Under the pieces are notes generated by a model that did not search any database, had not been told where the DNA came from, and was given only the letters and a program-made list of their open reading frames with translations. Position numbers and translations under genes: made by a program. From sequence record MH816966: a stretch of DNA of 64,000 bases; one strand, given 5' to 3'. Of this stretch, positions 7,502-16,517 are shown piece after piece (position 1 is the first letter of the stretch; the number at the start of each line of letters is the position of its first letter). This stretch comes from Escherichia phage FEC19.

Positions 7502-7834
7502 TCATTTTACATAGTGGAGTAGGTCAATCTCTATCTCGTGCCTTGTCCTTGTTATCTTTGTATCACCCGTCCTGTGGGAGACTTGATGGAAGAAAGAGTC
7601 TTTGTGAGCGCATCGTTCAAACATCACGCTGGCAAATCTGCAGCCGCATATTGCATCAAGCTTTGCTCCGTTAGACAAAAGGTTGAATGTCAATACAGTG
7701 TTATCCATCCTTGCATTTTGCTTGATGCAGGACTTTAAGAAGGCGTAAGAATCGGCAAATGATTTGTGCCTTTTACAAATATCTTTAACCTTTTCACGCT
7801 CATGCGCGGCGAGTATCTGATCACGTGTCATCAC
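7502..7834 (-). CDS. hypothetical early protein
   Basis: 110-aa ORF. Confidence 0.5.
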   Translation of the reverse strand: MMTRDQILAAHEREKVKDICKRHKSFADSYAFLKSCIKQNARMDNTVLTFNLLSNGAKLDAICGCRFASVMFERCAHKDSFFHQVSHRTGDTKITRTRHEIEIDLLHYVK

Positions 7835-8070
7835 TGCACCTCTGTTATTCCGGTAATGCGAACGATTACGGTGTCATCTAAATTGAACTGCTGCCGCGCG
7901 ACGCGCTTGATGTCGTCCTTAAGGTCCGCAATCAACTCCCTTGTTAACACTGTACGCTCTGAGACGTCATATTGAACGTCAAAGGTATACTCGCCATAAA
8001 ATACCGCGCCATTGGGAAGTTGTACGACATAGAATGCCATGTACATTGCATTGATATAATCTTCCATCAT
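7831..8070 (-). CDS. hypothetical early protein (start trimmed to MMEDY to remove overlap)
   Basis: ATGA-type overlap with upstream stop. Confidence 0.4.
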   Translation of the reverse strand: MMEDYINAMYMAFYVVQLPNGAVFYGEYTFDVQYDVSERTVLTRELIADLKDDIKRVARQQFNLDDTVIVRITGITEVQ

Positions 8071-8414
8071 ACATTCTCCACGGGTCGACGAATGAGTTTG
8101 CGTAATCCTTCGGGCCAGACCTTCTTGATGACGGCCTTTGCTGGGCTGGATGAAAGCTTCTTCAGCTTCAATAGGACACATCCTTCATCATCGTTCGGTT
8201 GCACCTGGATAACGACTCGCGCTTGTCGGTCGATGACCATGACATCCCCAATGCGAATGTCTTTTACCAACACGCCCATCTCCTTCGTGCCGGATACGCC
8301 ATTGATGTGATCAAAACCTTTTCGCAGCGGTTTCATTATTTCTTCTCCTGCCATTTCTCTGACACGCTTCTTAATCTCTGCGCCAAACAACACTTCGTCT
8401 TTAACATGAGCCAT
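8067..8414 (-). CDS. hypothetical early protein (start uncertain)
   Basis: ORF 8067..8492 trimmed to limit overlap with 8401..8880. Confidence 0.35.
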   Translation of the reverse strand: MAHVKDEVLFGAEIKKRVREMAGEEIMKPLRKGFDHINGVSGTKEMGVLVKDIRIGDVMVIDRQARVVIQVQPNDDEGCVLLKLKKLSSSPAKAVIKKVWPEGLRKLIRRPVENV

Positions 8415-8880
8415 GGTCGAGTACCTTATAGAATTTAGTGGTGAATCGCTCATCGCCATAGTAGCGATACTTGCCGCCGCCAGTGTTATCAAACCTTACC
8501 CATTGAATTAAAGTCTGGTCAGCGTCGTGCGACACGTAAATCACCCGGCCATTAACAGGAATTGCGCCCTCTTCCGCGTCCTTGCTTATGATTGAATCGC
8601 CGTTCTTGATGTCAAATATGTCAATCGGCTTAAGGCGCGGCTTTTTATCAACATAAGTTTGAATAGGAACTCTTACGCAACGTGATTGATGATGGACAAG
8701 TCTTTCAACATGCCTTTTGGTTGGCGGTAAAATCTCGAATGACTCAACGCCTGCAAACTCGCTGTCGATAAATTTATTTATTTTCATCCTTAATGGAATT
8801 GGGACGTTACATTGACTTGTTGCTGCTAAAATAATTGCTGCTTCTGTTTTACTTAACATTAAAGGGCGATGAATGATCAT
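8401..8880 (-). CDS. hypothetical early protein
   Basis: 159-aa ORF. Confidence 0.5.
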   Translation of the reverse strand: MIIHRPLMLSKTEAAIILAATSQCNVPIPLRMKINKFIDSEFAGVESFEILPPTKRHVERLVHHQSRCVRVPIQTYVDKKPRLKPIDIFDIKNGDSIISKDAEEGAIPVNGRVIYVSHDADQTLIQWVRFDNTGGGKYRYYGDERFTTKFYKVLDHGSC

Positions 8881-9038
8881 AATTAACCTCTGATTTGTGA
8901 CACAAAACGTTTATAATGTTCTTTGGCTAAGACGCGTGCGCGCTCTTTCGTATGGCCGCTGGCTTCAAGTACGCGACGAAGCTGCTTGATTGCGTCTGCT
9001 TTACTAACCTTGTTATCGTTAAACTGAAATTTATTCAT
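8881..9038 (-). CDS. small basic hypothetical protein (51 aa, not in ORF track)
   Basis: Fills the gap exactly, with start and stop overlapping the neighbouring genes. Confidence 0.35.
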
Positions 9039-9256
9039 GCTTCACAAGCCGCCTTAATTTGACGTGGAGTAACGATGACTACTTCACCAACCAGTGACTT
9101 GTCATCTTCTTTTACCGTATCGATTCGAACGCGATAGTGATTGCGACCGCGTGAATCAGTAAGGTATTGATCCAGCTCAAGGATGGTGCCTGCGCGCATA
9201 TTCTGTCCTGACATCCAACGGATACGGTCGCCAGCCTTAAGAGTTTTCTTTCTCAT
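9035..9256 (-). CDS. hypothetical early protein (start trimmed to MRKKTLK)
   Basis: Longer ORF would overlap 9264..9542. Confidence 0.4.
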   Translation of the reverse strand: MRKKTLKAGDRIRWMSGQNMRAGTILELDQYLTDSRGRNHYRVRIDTVKEDDKSLVGEVVIVTPRQIKAACEA

Positions 9257-9263
9257 CTTCAAC

Positions 9264-9542
9264 TCACTTATAGTATTTAAACATAGCCGCGCAAAAATCC
9301 TGCATGGCATTCTTAATTTGCTTCTTGAACAACGGGTCATGCATCGTTTCAACATTCGTCTTAATCCGAACGTGACCGATAACATCAAACGCAGTTGCTG
9401 GCATCGGCTCATAGATTTCATGATCGTTCAAGATTATATCTAGTCTTGACTCAGAAATCACGGGATAATTCTTTCCAGCAGTAAACTGGTCATCAATCGA
9501 TAACGTGCACTTGACAAAGAATACTTTGTATGTAGTAATCAT
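9264..9542 (-). CDS. hypothetical early protein
   Basis: 92-aa ORF. Confidence 0.45.
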   Translation of the reverse strand: MITTYKVFFVKCTLSIDDQFTAGKNYPVISESRLDIILNDHEIYEPMPATAFDVIGHVRIKTNVETMHDPLFKKQIKNAMQDFCAAMFKYYK

Positions 9543-9748
9543 AGTGAGTCCTTCGGGCCGCAGTAGCGCCCGTCCAGGTAGCGGTCGTATTGGATTAAAG
9601 CGAATGTTTTCAACGAAAGGTTACGGCGCTTAAACAGGTGACCAGTTGATGGATTCTGCTCGTGCGCCGTTGGATAAAGGCGTGTCAGGTAGTGGATGAG
9701 GACTTGTAAAGCTCTACGTTGCTTTGTTATTCTCCCTTGTGTATTCAT
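9539..9748 (-). CDS. hypothetical early protein (alternative: overlapping ORF 9714..9938)
   Basis: 69-aa ORF; ambiguous. Confidence 0.3.
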   Translation of the reverse strand: MNTQGRITKQRRALQVLIHYLTRLYPTAHEQNPSTGHLFKRRNLSLKTFALIQYDRYLDGRYCGPKDSL

Positions 9749-9977
9749 GGTTGAATCTACCCTCTGTCAATATCCGGTCGTGGATTACTATACCAGTACA
9801 GCGCAGGCGGTTGGCATTGCTTCGCGCCTTTGCTGCTTGATGAGGATTGAACAAGCCAAACAAACTAGCCTTAAAGGCAAACTGGTAATATTTGATTAAA
9901 GTACTAAGTGCTAACTCAATCCTGTCTAAATTAATCATAATATCACCTCGTCAGAAAAGCAAATATTTTGATGATAA

Positions 9978-10625
9978 TTATCCTGTGGCCTGCATATTGC
10001 GTACATACTTCTGCTCTAATGAATAGATGAAGTCGGCGACCGTCAATCCTTTTGTGTGCCACTCATACATTGTGTAGCCTGTATTCAGGAAATAGCCGCG
10101 CACCTTGTCCATTGCTTCAGCTTCCTCCATGGAAGCCATCAGCGCGGCGACGTTATCATAAGAAGGCACAAATCCCTTCTTGCGTAGCGCATTGCGCAAA
10201 TCTTTAGTTCTGAATCCAATCTTGCACAGGTCATCACGGCCCGTTGAAGATGCAACCTTCGGCAGTGCAAGGAACTCTTTGAGGAACATCGAGATGTTCA
10301 GGTCGCCTGCATCATCAAGCTTCTGGAGTCGGTTGCGACCGCGACCCTTGAATTCACTTGCACGAGGGTGAGCGCCAAAACAATGCGCCCCTTCCAATTT
10401 AGGGTCGATGATCATCAAATCTTTGCCTACGCGCAATTCAACGTAGTAAAGGTATGTCTCATCGACAAGCTTCGTGCGTTTACAGGTGATGGAGTCCTTA
10501 TCGTACCCAAAACCACGCAACACGGTTGAAATCATCCGGTTCATTTCTTCTCCATGAACGTCACTCTCTTTGTTCAGTTCACCGAGATGTTGAAAGAATT
10601 TAGCGATGTTGATTGCTTTATTCAT
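9978..10625 (-). CDS. hypothetical protein
   Basis: 215-aa ORF; stop overlaps start of upstream NTPase gene. Confidence 0.5.
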   Translation of the reverse strand: MNKAINIAKFFQHLGELNKESDVHGEEMNRMISTVLRGFGYDKDSITCKRTKLVDETYLYYVELRVGKDLMIIDPKLEGAHCFGAHPRASEFKGRGRNRLQKLDDAGDLNISMFLKEFLALPKVASSTGRDDLCKIGFRTKDLRNALRKKGFVPSYDNVAALMASMEEAEAMDKVRGYFLNTGYTMYEWHTKGLTVADFIYSLEQKYVRNMQATG

Positions 10626-12295
10626 CAGAATTCATCCTTATCTCTTCCTAAAGAACGTTTGCGTTCAATAACCTTCTTCAAGAATTCAATATCTTCAGGG
10701 TCAGACTCGTCGCGGATAAGATACGCTAAGATAGTCATCAAATCAGAAATGTATTCCCCTGCTTCATTCTTAATCAGCGGCGTAAAGTAACCACGCTGGT
10801 TGCGATAGGTTGCAGGCTCAAATCCAAGCTTCGACATGTGCGGCGCAAGGGTACGTGAGAAAGGCGACTTGCCGCACTTAGCTCTGAATCCCATAGCGAT
10901 TGCACCACTGGTGATGTGCCAGCGTCCGCTGTGATGTCGGTCATAAGGCGCGGTGATGACGACTTCAACAAGGTCGTTGTCGACCATCTCGTCACGGATA
11001 ACGCCGCGAGCGCGTTCCATTTCGTTCTTGCTGAACTCAGTAAGCATACGAGATGTCTCACCGACAAAGGCGTTATAACCTGCTTCGCCGTGCTTCTCCA
11101 TCCACGCAGCGCACTCAGCCATCAGCTGCCAAACGTCTTCTTTCAAAGTTGAAAGGTCAGCTTGGAAGTCTTTAGACCAGTTCGGTTGCCCGTCCTTGTC
11201 GGCGAGTTGGCCAACAAAGATAGGATACACACGACGGTTGCCTGTATCGTCACGTTGCATGCCTGCGTATTCGTTGCCGTCCATGATAGCAATCCACTGG
11301 CGTGGTTTAACCTGCGTGTCTTCAAATTTGAAGTCCAGGTCATCTTCCGTCTTAGTCAGGAATGCTTTCATGTTTTCGATGTCGGCCTTTTTAAAGCCTG
11401 TCATCTCACCAACGTTCGCGATAATTGAGCGACCCGTAATAGCTCGCAAGAACGGGTTGAAGTTCTGCGCGGCCAAGTTCAACGGAATCGGTGTTGCGTG
11501 GCGGTCGTTCATAATAGCTTCGCAAAGTAGCTTACTAAAATAACTCTTCCCTGCGTTCTGGCCGCCGATGAGCGCAATGGAGATTGGCGCTTGACAGCCA
11601 GGGTTGGTCAGGCGGTTATAGAGCGATAGCCAAAAATACACACCGATTTGTCGGTTTAACTCTGTATCGAACGGTCGGAATAGCTCGATAAGGTATTTCT
11701 CGATGCGCGCAGTGCCGTCCCATTCAGGAAGCTTCTTGTAGAAGAAGTCCATCAGGTCGTCGCGCTGATAACGCATGGCCCATTCCTTATAGGATTGAGC
11801 GACCTGACGTGAGTTTGGGTTGGACAGACCTGCTGCGTCGACAGCGGCAACTATCTCTGTGACTTCCAATGTACGGTCGGTGAATGTTTCGCCGCGATGG
11901 TCGACTAAGCGTCCACGAAAAGTATCTTTGTGAGGGAATGGGACAATGCCGCTTCCCTTATCAAACAACGCGTCGAAAACCGCATAACGGTTCATGTCAC
12001 TCGTCCGGTCCGCCTGAAGAACAAAATCATCTTTCGTCGGTTTGTAGTGAGGGAACTTGATTACCTGAAGTGAGGCGAGCAAACGTGCTCTTTCAACCAA
12101 GTCTTCTTCGCCGTAGCACTCCATGCGCTCTGCATCTTTCTCAACAGCCTTATGCTGGAGGCTGATTTTAGCTCTGGTGCCTTGCTGCTCTGCCGCTTGC
12201 ATCTCTTCTGACACACCAGCGTCTTGAATTTCGTCAAAGATTGCACCAAATTCATCACCTGTATCCTCTGGAAGATTGTCATGTTCAATTGACAT
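10625..12295 (-). CDS. VirE/D5-like P-loop NTPase, putative replication helicase
   Basis: Walker A IALIGGQNAGKSYFSKLL; size and layout like phage/plasmid primase-associated helicases. Confidence 0.6.
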   Translation of the reverse strand: MSIEHDNLPEDTGDEFGAIFDEIQDAGVSEEMQAAEQQGTRAKISLQHKAVEKDAERMECYGEEDLVERARLLASLQVIKFPHYKPTKDDFVLQADRTSDMNRYAVFDALFDKGSGIVPFPHKDTFRGRLVDHRGETFTDRTLEVTEIVAAVDAAGLSNPNSRQVAQSYKEWAMRYQRDDLMDFFYKKLPEWDGTARIEKYLIELFRPFDTELNRQIGVYFWLSLYNRLTNPGCQAPISIALIGGQNAGKSYFSKLLCEAIMNDRHATPIPLNLAAQNFNPFLRAITGRSIIANVGEMTGFKKADIENMKAFLTKTEDDLDFKFEDTQVKPRQWIAIMDGNEYAGMQRDDTGNRRVYPIFVGQLADKDGQPNWSKDFQADLSTLKEDVWQLMAECAAWMEKHGEAGYNAFVGETSRMLTEFSKNEMERARGVIRDEMVDNDLVEVVITAPYDRHHSGRWHITSGAIAMGFRAKCGKSPFSRTLAPHMSKLGFEPATYRNQRGYFTPLIKNEAGEYISDLMTILAYLIRDESDPEDIEFLKKVIERKRSLGRDKDEF

Positions 12296-12349
12296 TTAAT
12301 CCTCCTGATACGGCTTTGTTATATTGTTGCATGGATATATCCTTTCAGG

Positions 12350-12381
12350 GTGCGGTAAATAAACGCCAGAAATCTGGCGTT
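12350..12381 (-). terminator. hairpin (aacgccag / ctggcgtt) with modest U-run
   Basis: Perfect 8-bp inverted repeat with aaat loop. Confidence 0.4.
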
Positions 12382-12431
12382 GTATATTAATATAGTAAAA
12401 CTCAGTTTAAAGCAATATAACTGGTGAACTA

Positions 12432-12722
12432 TCAGCAAGGAAATTGGTCAGCGTATGCCTTTCTCAATTTGTTTACTGACTGAACAGAATGAAGGTATTG
12501 GCAATCGGTGAAGATGCGGCGCAAACAATCCATAGAAGACAGGTCATCGTTAGTAACCACCAGAATCTCTTCCGAAGGGCAACCAGCTTCTTTGGCAATC
12601 TCATTAAGATTTGAGCCATTAATTTCTTCAACACGTTTCACCTCATCGATACCGTAAACATCAACGGCAACTTCGATGTCGTCATCGCTGATATTCTCAC
12701 CATAAAGAATTACAATATTCAT
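12432..12722 (-). CDS. hypothetical early protein (acidic)
   Basis: 96-aa ORF. Confidence 0.5.
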   Translation of the reverse strand: MNIVILYGENISDDDIEVAVDVYGIDEVKRVEEINGSNLNEIAKEAGCPSEEILVVTNDDLSSMDCLRRIFTDCQYLHSVQSVNKLRKAYADQFPC

Positions 12723-12823
12723 TTACTCACCCCTGCCAAATAATGTGCCATATCCAATACATATAATAGCCCCAGGATGATAACAAGGGAAATGATTAAT
12801 GTGTATTTCTTTACGGCTTTCAT
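12719..12823 (-). CDS. small hydrophobic peptide (34 aa, one predicted TM), not in ORF track
   Basis: MKAVKKYTLIISLVIILGLLYVL...; stop overlaps next start. Confidence 0.3.
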   Translation of the reverse strand: MKAVKKYTLIISLVIILGLLYVLDMAHYLAGVSK

Positions 12824-12841
12824 ATGTATCTATACCTAAAT

Positions 12842-13105
12842 TTACTGTTGAGGATCACCGATGGAGTCTGTCGCATCCCATTCAACGCGTGCTGTACGTT
12901 CTGCTGGTGGACAACCTTCTCCGGCGTAAAGCTCCACCACACCTTCGTGAGAGCAGCACTGGCACTCTACAAGGTCGCCGTCCTCCCAGGCACCTTCTTC
13001 TGCATTGCGATGCTGCCGCACCTTGATCACATCGCTTGCACAGTTAGGACAAGTCGAAAGACTGCTTGTGACGTTCCAAACGAACTCGTTGCGGAAAGCA
13101 CCCAT
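12842..13105 (-). CDS. hypothetical zinc-ribbon protein (CPNC...CQCC)
   Basis: Start trimmed to MGAFRNEF to abut upstream stop. Confidence 0.45.
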   Translation of the reverse strand: MGAFRNEFVWNVTSSLSTCPNCASDVIKVRQHRNAEEGAWEDGDLVECQCCSHEGVVELYAGEGCPPAERTARVEWDATDSIGDPQQ

Positions 13106-13106
13106 G

Positions 13107-13397
13107 CTACACCTCTTGATCTCGCTGTTGTTGAATCGCGGCTGCAGCTTCTTCAAAATTGACGGGCTCAACGGTAAATGTCGCGCTGACAGTGAAGTTG
13201 TTAATCGTCAGCAAAGTATTGAAACGCTCTGCATTCAGATTCATCGCCACGTGCGTCGACACATTAAGGATTGCACCAACGACTTCTTCCACCGCATAGC
13301 CTTTAAACAGAGGAAGAATTTCATTGACAAGCTTCAGCTCGTTCTCCACGCGAAGTTTTTGTGCTTCTTCAGTGGTCATCATTTTTGGTTCGTTCAT
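13107..13397 (-). CDS. hypothetical early protein
   Basis: 96-aa ORF. Confidence 0.5.
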   Translation of the reverse strand: MNEPKMMTTEEAQKLRVENELKLVNEILPLFKGYAVEEVVGAILNVSTHVAMNLNAERFNTLLTINNFTVSATFTVEPVNFEEAAAAIQQQRDQEV

Positions 13398-13399
13398 TT

Positions 13400-13546
13400 T
13401 TATTCCTTAACAAATTCAGAGTAGTGTTTGGCCGCAGCCGATTGGTGGTGAGCCATGACACCTTCAAGGGTGGGAAGCTCTACGTGCTTAGGTTCTAACG
13501 AATTTAACAGACCTTCAAGCTCGATGTTCAATTCTTCGCTTTGCAT
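13400..13546 (-). CDS. small hypothetical protein (48 aa, not in ORF track)
   Basis: GAGGTGA RBS upstream of ATG at 13544-13546. Confidence 0.35.
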   Translation of the reverse strand: MQSEELNIELEGLLNSLEPKHVELPTLEGVMAHHQSAAAKHYSEFVKE

Positions 13547-13604
13547 AAATCACCTCTGCTTCAGTTCATAAAATGATTATAGTTGCTAGAAAAATAAAAG
13601 CAAA

Positions 13605-14687
13605 CTATTTTATGCCACCTGCGCGACGATTTATCATATCAAGTTGATTCTCAATATAAGGCATGACTACTGCTTCAACAAAAGCGGTCCAGCCTTTCTT
13701 GCCTTCACCTTTCCGGTGACAGTCGTGAGCGCAACCGAAAACGAATTCATGTTCAGCGCCAGGGATTGGGCCTCGAAAATAAGCGCCGTATGGGTCGCCG
13801 TTGGTGTGCTCTTCACCCCAAGGACAGATGATGCGGCATTTACCTGACATGTTTTCAACCACATCGCCATCGGACCCTTCGCCCATCTTATTGCGCGCAA
13901 GGATTTGCTGGGCTATTTTATACCAAACAGCATCATATTTGTATTCGTCAACGTCGATTTGAATTTCACGCTTTTGCGGCATAACGACGTGGAAACCGAA
14001 GGCTTGGCAAATCTCTTCGATTGTGTAGCGCAAGGAATAGTCTGCATGGACAAGTCGGCAGCGGAACGGGTCGCCGTTCTCATCGACATATTTATAGGGG
14101 CCGTCGTGAGTCACACGCTTGTTGTTGATGCACCCAGGAACACGGCCCACGCGCGTCACGTCTTTAATCGTGTTGTCGCCGCCCTTCTTGAGTACCATGT
14201 TTACGAAAGACCCAAGGAATGCTTTGAACTGAATAAGATGGTCAATCGGTTCTTTAAAGAAGTACCACAGCTGATGGTTGTTCGGCGAAGTCTCGACGAT
14301 GACGGTTGGTTTTAGGCGCTCGAAAAAGAATTCCAAATCTAAATCGCCCTTTGACCCTTTACCGTGCCCAATGTCGTCGACCATCATCGCCATGCCATGA
14401 CCAAAGGCCGATTCCGTGCGCCAGTATCGCATCTCGCCTGTCTTTGGGTTGGGAGACTTACGCATTGAACTTATGCAGGCGTAACCGTTCTGATGTTGCA
14501 TCAGCGGCTTGCCAAGCTTCCAAGGCTTAGGCCAGAAGCTGCTGTTAATCTTTTTGCCGCGCTCGTCAGTCTGCACTGTTGCTTCAGGCGCAAACACGGT
14601 CATGACGCGTTCATCTTCTGGAATGCCTCTTTGGAGTTCCGTCAAAAACTCTTCGATTATTTTTGCTTCTTCTCTTAAACTAGCCAT
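13605..14687 (-). CDS. archaeo-eukaryotic-type primase (prim-pol-like) with C-terminal Cys/His zinc motif
   Basis: Ordered AEP-like motifs: MVDDIG (DxD), TSPNNHQLWYFF (sGxGxH-like), KDVTRV; C-terminal CPWGEEH...CAHDCH. Confidence 0.55.
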   Translation of the reverse strand: MASLREEAKIIEEFLTELQRGIPEDERVMTVFAPEATVQTDERGKKINSSFWPKPWKLGKPLMQHQNGYACISSMRKSPNPKTGEMRYWRTESAFGHGMAMMVDDIGHGKGSKGDLDLEFFFERLKPTVIVETSPNNHQLWYFFKEPIDHLIQFKAFLGSFVNMVLKKGGDNTIKDVTRVGRVPGCINNKRVTHDGPYKYVDENGDPFRCRLVHADYSLRYTIEEICQAFGFHVVMPQKREIQIDVDEYKYDAVWYKIAQQILARNKMGEGSDGDVVENMSGKCRIICPWGEEHTNGDPYGAYFRGPIPGAEHEFVFGCAHDCHRKGEGKKGWTAFVEAVVMPYIENQLDMINRRAGGIK

Positions 14688-14716
14688 CTTTCTTTCCTTC
14701 GGTGATCAATACCTGC

Positions 14717-14744
14717 AGTATAATATTGAGTGATACAAAGTCAA
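14717..14744 (-). promoter_or_regulatory. sigma70-like promoter (TTGACT-16-TATACT) for the primase operon
   Basis: Read from reverse complement upstream of ATG 14687. Confidence 0.5.
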
Positions 14745-14780
14745 CAATATTTACCATTTAGTTCACAATTTCGATTTACT

Positions 14781-14809
14781 TTGCTTTATACTATATCTGC
14801 AATTATACT
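14781..14809 (+). promoter_or_regulatory. sigma70-like promoter (TTGCTT-17-TATACT) for the plus-strand replication block
   Basis: Divergent from the minus-strand promoter in the same gap. Confidence 0.5.
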
Positions 14810-14847
14810 ATCAGAAAATATTTCCGCACTAACAAAGGTCGCCTGAA

Positions 14848-15174
14848 ATGAACGAAAAAGATACGAAGCAACGCGAACGTGCAACACACGTCGGCATCGT
14901 TGAGTCCTTCCTTAATACAAGACTGAATTCAAGTCTTACAATTATGCGATTCCTGGGTCAACCAGACAGAATCAAATTCATCTTTGCCGCAAATCCGGTA
15001 TCGCTTTACATCCCTGTTGAATCCATGGCGTACCTGGTGCGCGACGAGCAAGGGTGGAAGATACCAAACACGACTGTTTTCTTCAGCCACGTTGACGGTG
15101 AGATGTTTGAACGAAAAGAAGATTGCCATTTTATTCCAGTATATCTGGACCTTGAAAGCGTAGTGGAGTTATAA
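14848..15174 (+). CDS. hypothetical protein, first gene of plus-strand block
   Basis: 108-aa ORF; stop overlaps helicase start. Confidence 0.45.
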   Translation: MNEKDTKQRERATHVGIVESFLNTRLNSSLTIMRFLGQPDRIKFIFAANPVSLYIPVESMAYLVRDEQGWKIPNTTVFFSHVDGEMFERKEDCHFIPVYLDLESVVEL

Positions 15175-16358
15175 TGAACATTCCAGAATTTAATAATGAG
15201 CCAGTGATTCAGTTCAACGCGCAACAGATTGATGCCATCGAAAAGGCCGTTGCATGGTACAAGCGATTGCAGGACGGTAAAACGACGAAGCGCGTGTTTT
15301 TCATCGCTGGCTATGCAGGAACAGGTAAAACCTCTATTGCGCGTGAGATTGTGCGCCGTTGTGTCGGTGAGTACGGTGCCATTTATATTGCGCCGACCGG
15401 AAAGGCCGCCAGCCGATTGAAGCAGAAAGGGTGTCGTGGCGCGAAGACCCTTCACCAGTTCATCTATAACGTGCGCGGCGTAAATGACGACAATGAGCCA
15501 ATATTTTCGAGAAAGTCAAAGCTGGACGAAAAGCCGCATCTTGTAGTCCTTGATGAAGCTTCAATGGTTGGCGAGTGGGATACAGAGCGCCTTCTTGATC
15601 ACCGCATCCCTGTGCTGGCATTAGGCGACATTGGACAAGTCCCTCCAGTAAAAGCCGCCGCCTACTTTACTGAAGATGCCGTTGACGTCCTGTTAACCGA
15701 AATCATGCGGCAGGGGAAAGAGTCCAACATAATCCGCGCTTCCTTCTTCGTGCGACAGGGCAACCGACTTCCTCCGCGTGAATACGATGACGTAAAGGTG
15801 TTGGCTGAATCGCCGCGCGTTACCGCGCTGAAGAAATTCATGGGCGAAGATGATCAAATTATTTGTTCATATAATAGCACTAAAGATAAATGGAATTCAT
15901 TATTGCGACAAGTGAGCGGACGTATAACGCCAATGCCAGGAATCGGCGAGAAAGTTATTTGCACATTCAACCAACACGGGCCAGGATTCTGTAATGGCGA
16001 GCAAGGGATTGTTATTAGTTATGAGCCAGTGCCGGACTTTGAAAGGGATGAAGACGAGTCTAATGAAATCATGTATGTCAATTTGCGCTCGCTTACCGAT
16101 GGCAAGGATATAAAGGTTAAGATCAATCCTCTTTCCTTCTCTACTGATCAGGAAGTGCGCAAAGAGGCTCAACGCGCTGTTGGAGGTATGGACTATGGCT
16201 ATGTCATAACGGTGCACAAATCGCAAGGCAGCGAGTGGGACAATGTGTGCGTGCTGGAAGAAATCTTGCGCGGCGTTCCGTATGCCAAGATGATGTACAC
16301 AGCCATCACCCGCGCTAAGAAGAATCTGACCGTGTACCGTGATTTGAAAGCGCGTTAA
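15174..16358 (+). CDS. SF1 DNA helicase (RecD/Dda-like)
   Basis: GYAGTGKT Walker A, VVLDEASMV motif II, C-terminal ITVHKSQGSEWDNV. Confidence 0.8.
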   Translation: MNIPEFNNEPVIQFNAQQIDAIEKAVAWYKRLQDGKTTKRVFFIAGYAGTGKTSIAREIVRRCVGEYGAIYIAPTGKAASRLKQKGCRGAKTLHQFIYNVRGVNDDNEPIFSRKSKLDEKPHLVVLDEASMVGEWDTERLLDHRIPVLALGDIGQVPPVKAAAYFTEDAVDVLLTEIMRQGKESNIIRASFFVRQGNRLPPREYDDVKVLAESPRVTALKKFMGEDDQIICSYNSTKDKWNSLLRQVSGRITPMPGIGEKVICTFNQHGPGFCNGEQGIVISYEPVPDFERDEDESNEIMYVNLRSLTDGKDIKVKINPLSFSTDQEVRKEAQRAVGGMDYGYVITVHKSQGSEWDNVCVLEEILRGVPYAKMMYTAITRAKKNLTVYRDLKAR

Positions 16359-16517
16359 TGTTGACGTAAATTTACGAAAAATAAAACTGAAAATCAGTTT
16401 AATTAAAGTGGCATCGCCGCCAGAGTTTTTAGTTGCTACTGGCGGCGACTGAAGGCATAATTAAGTTATCCCAAACGGGGAATATAAAATAAACTAATTT
16501 ATTTAAGGACTGTGAAT

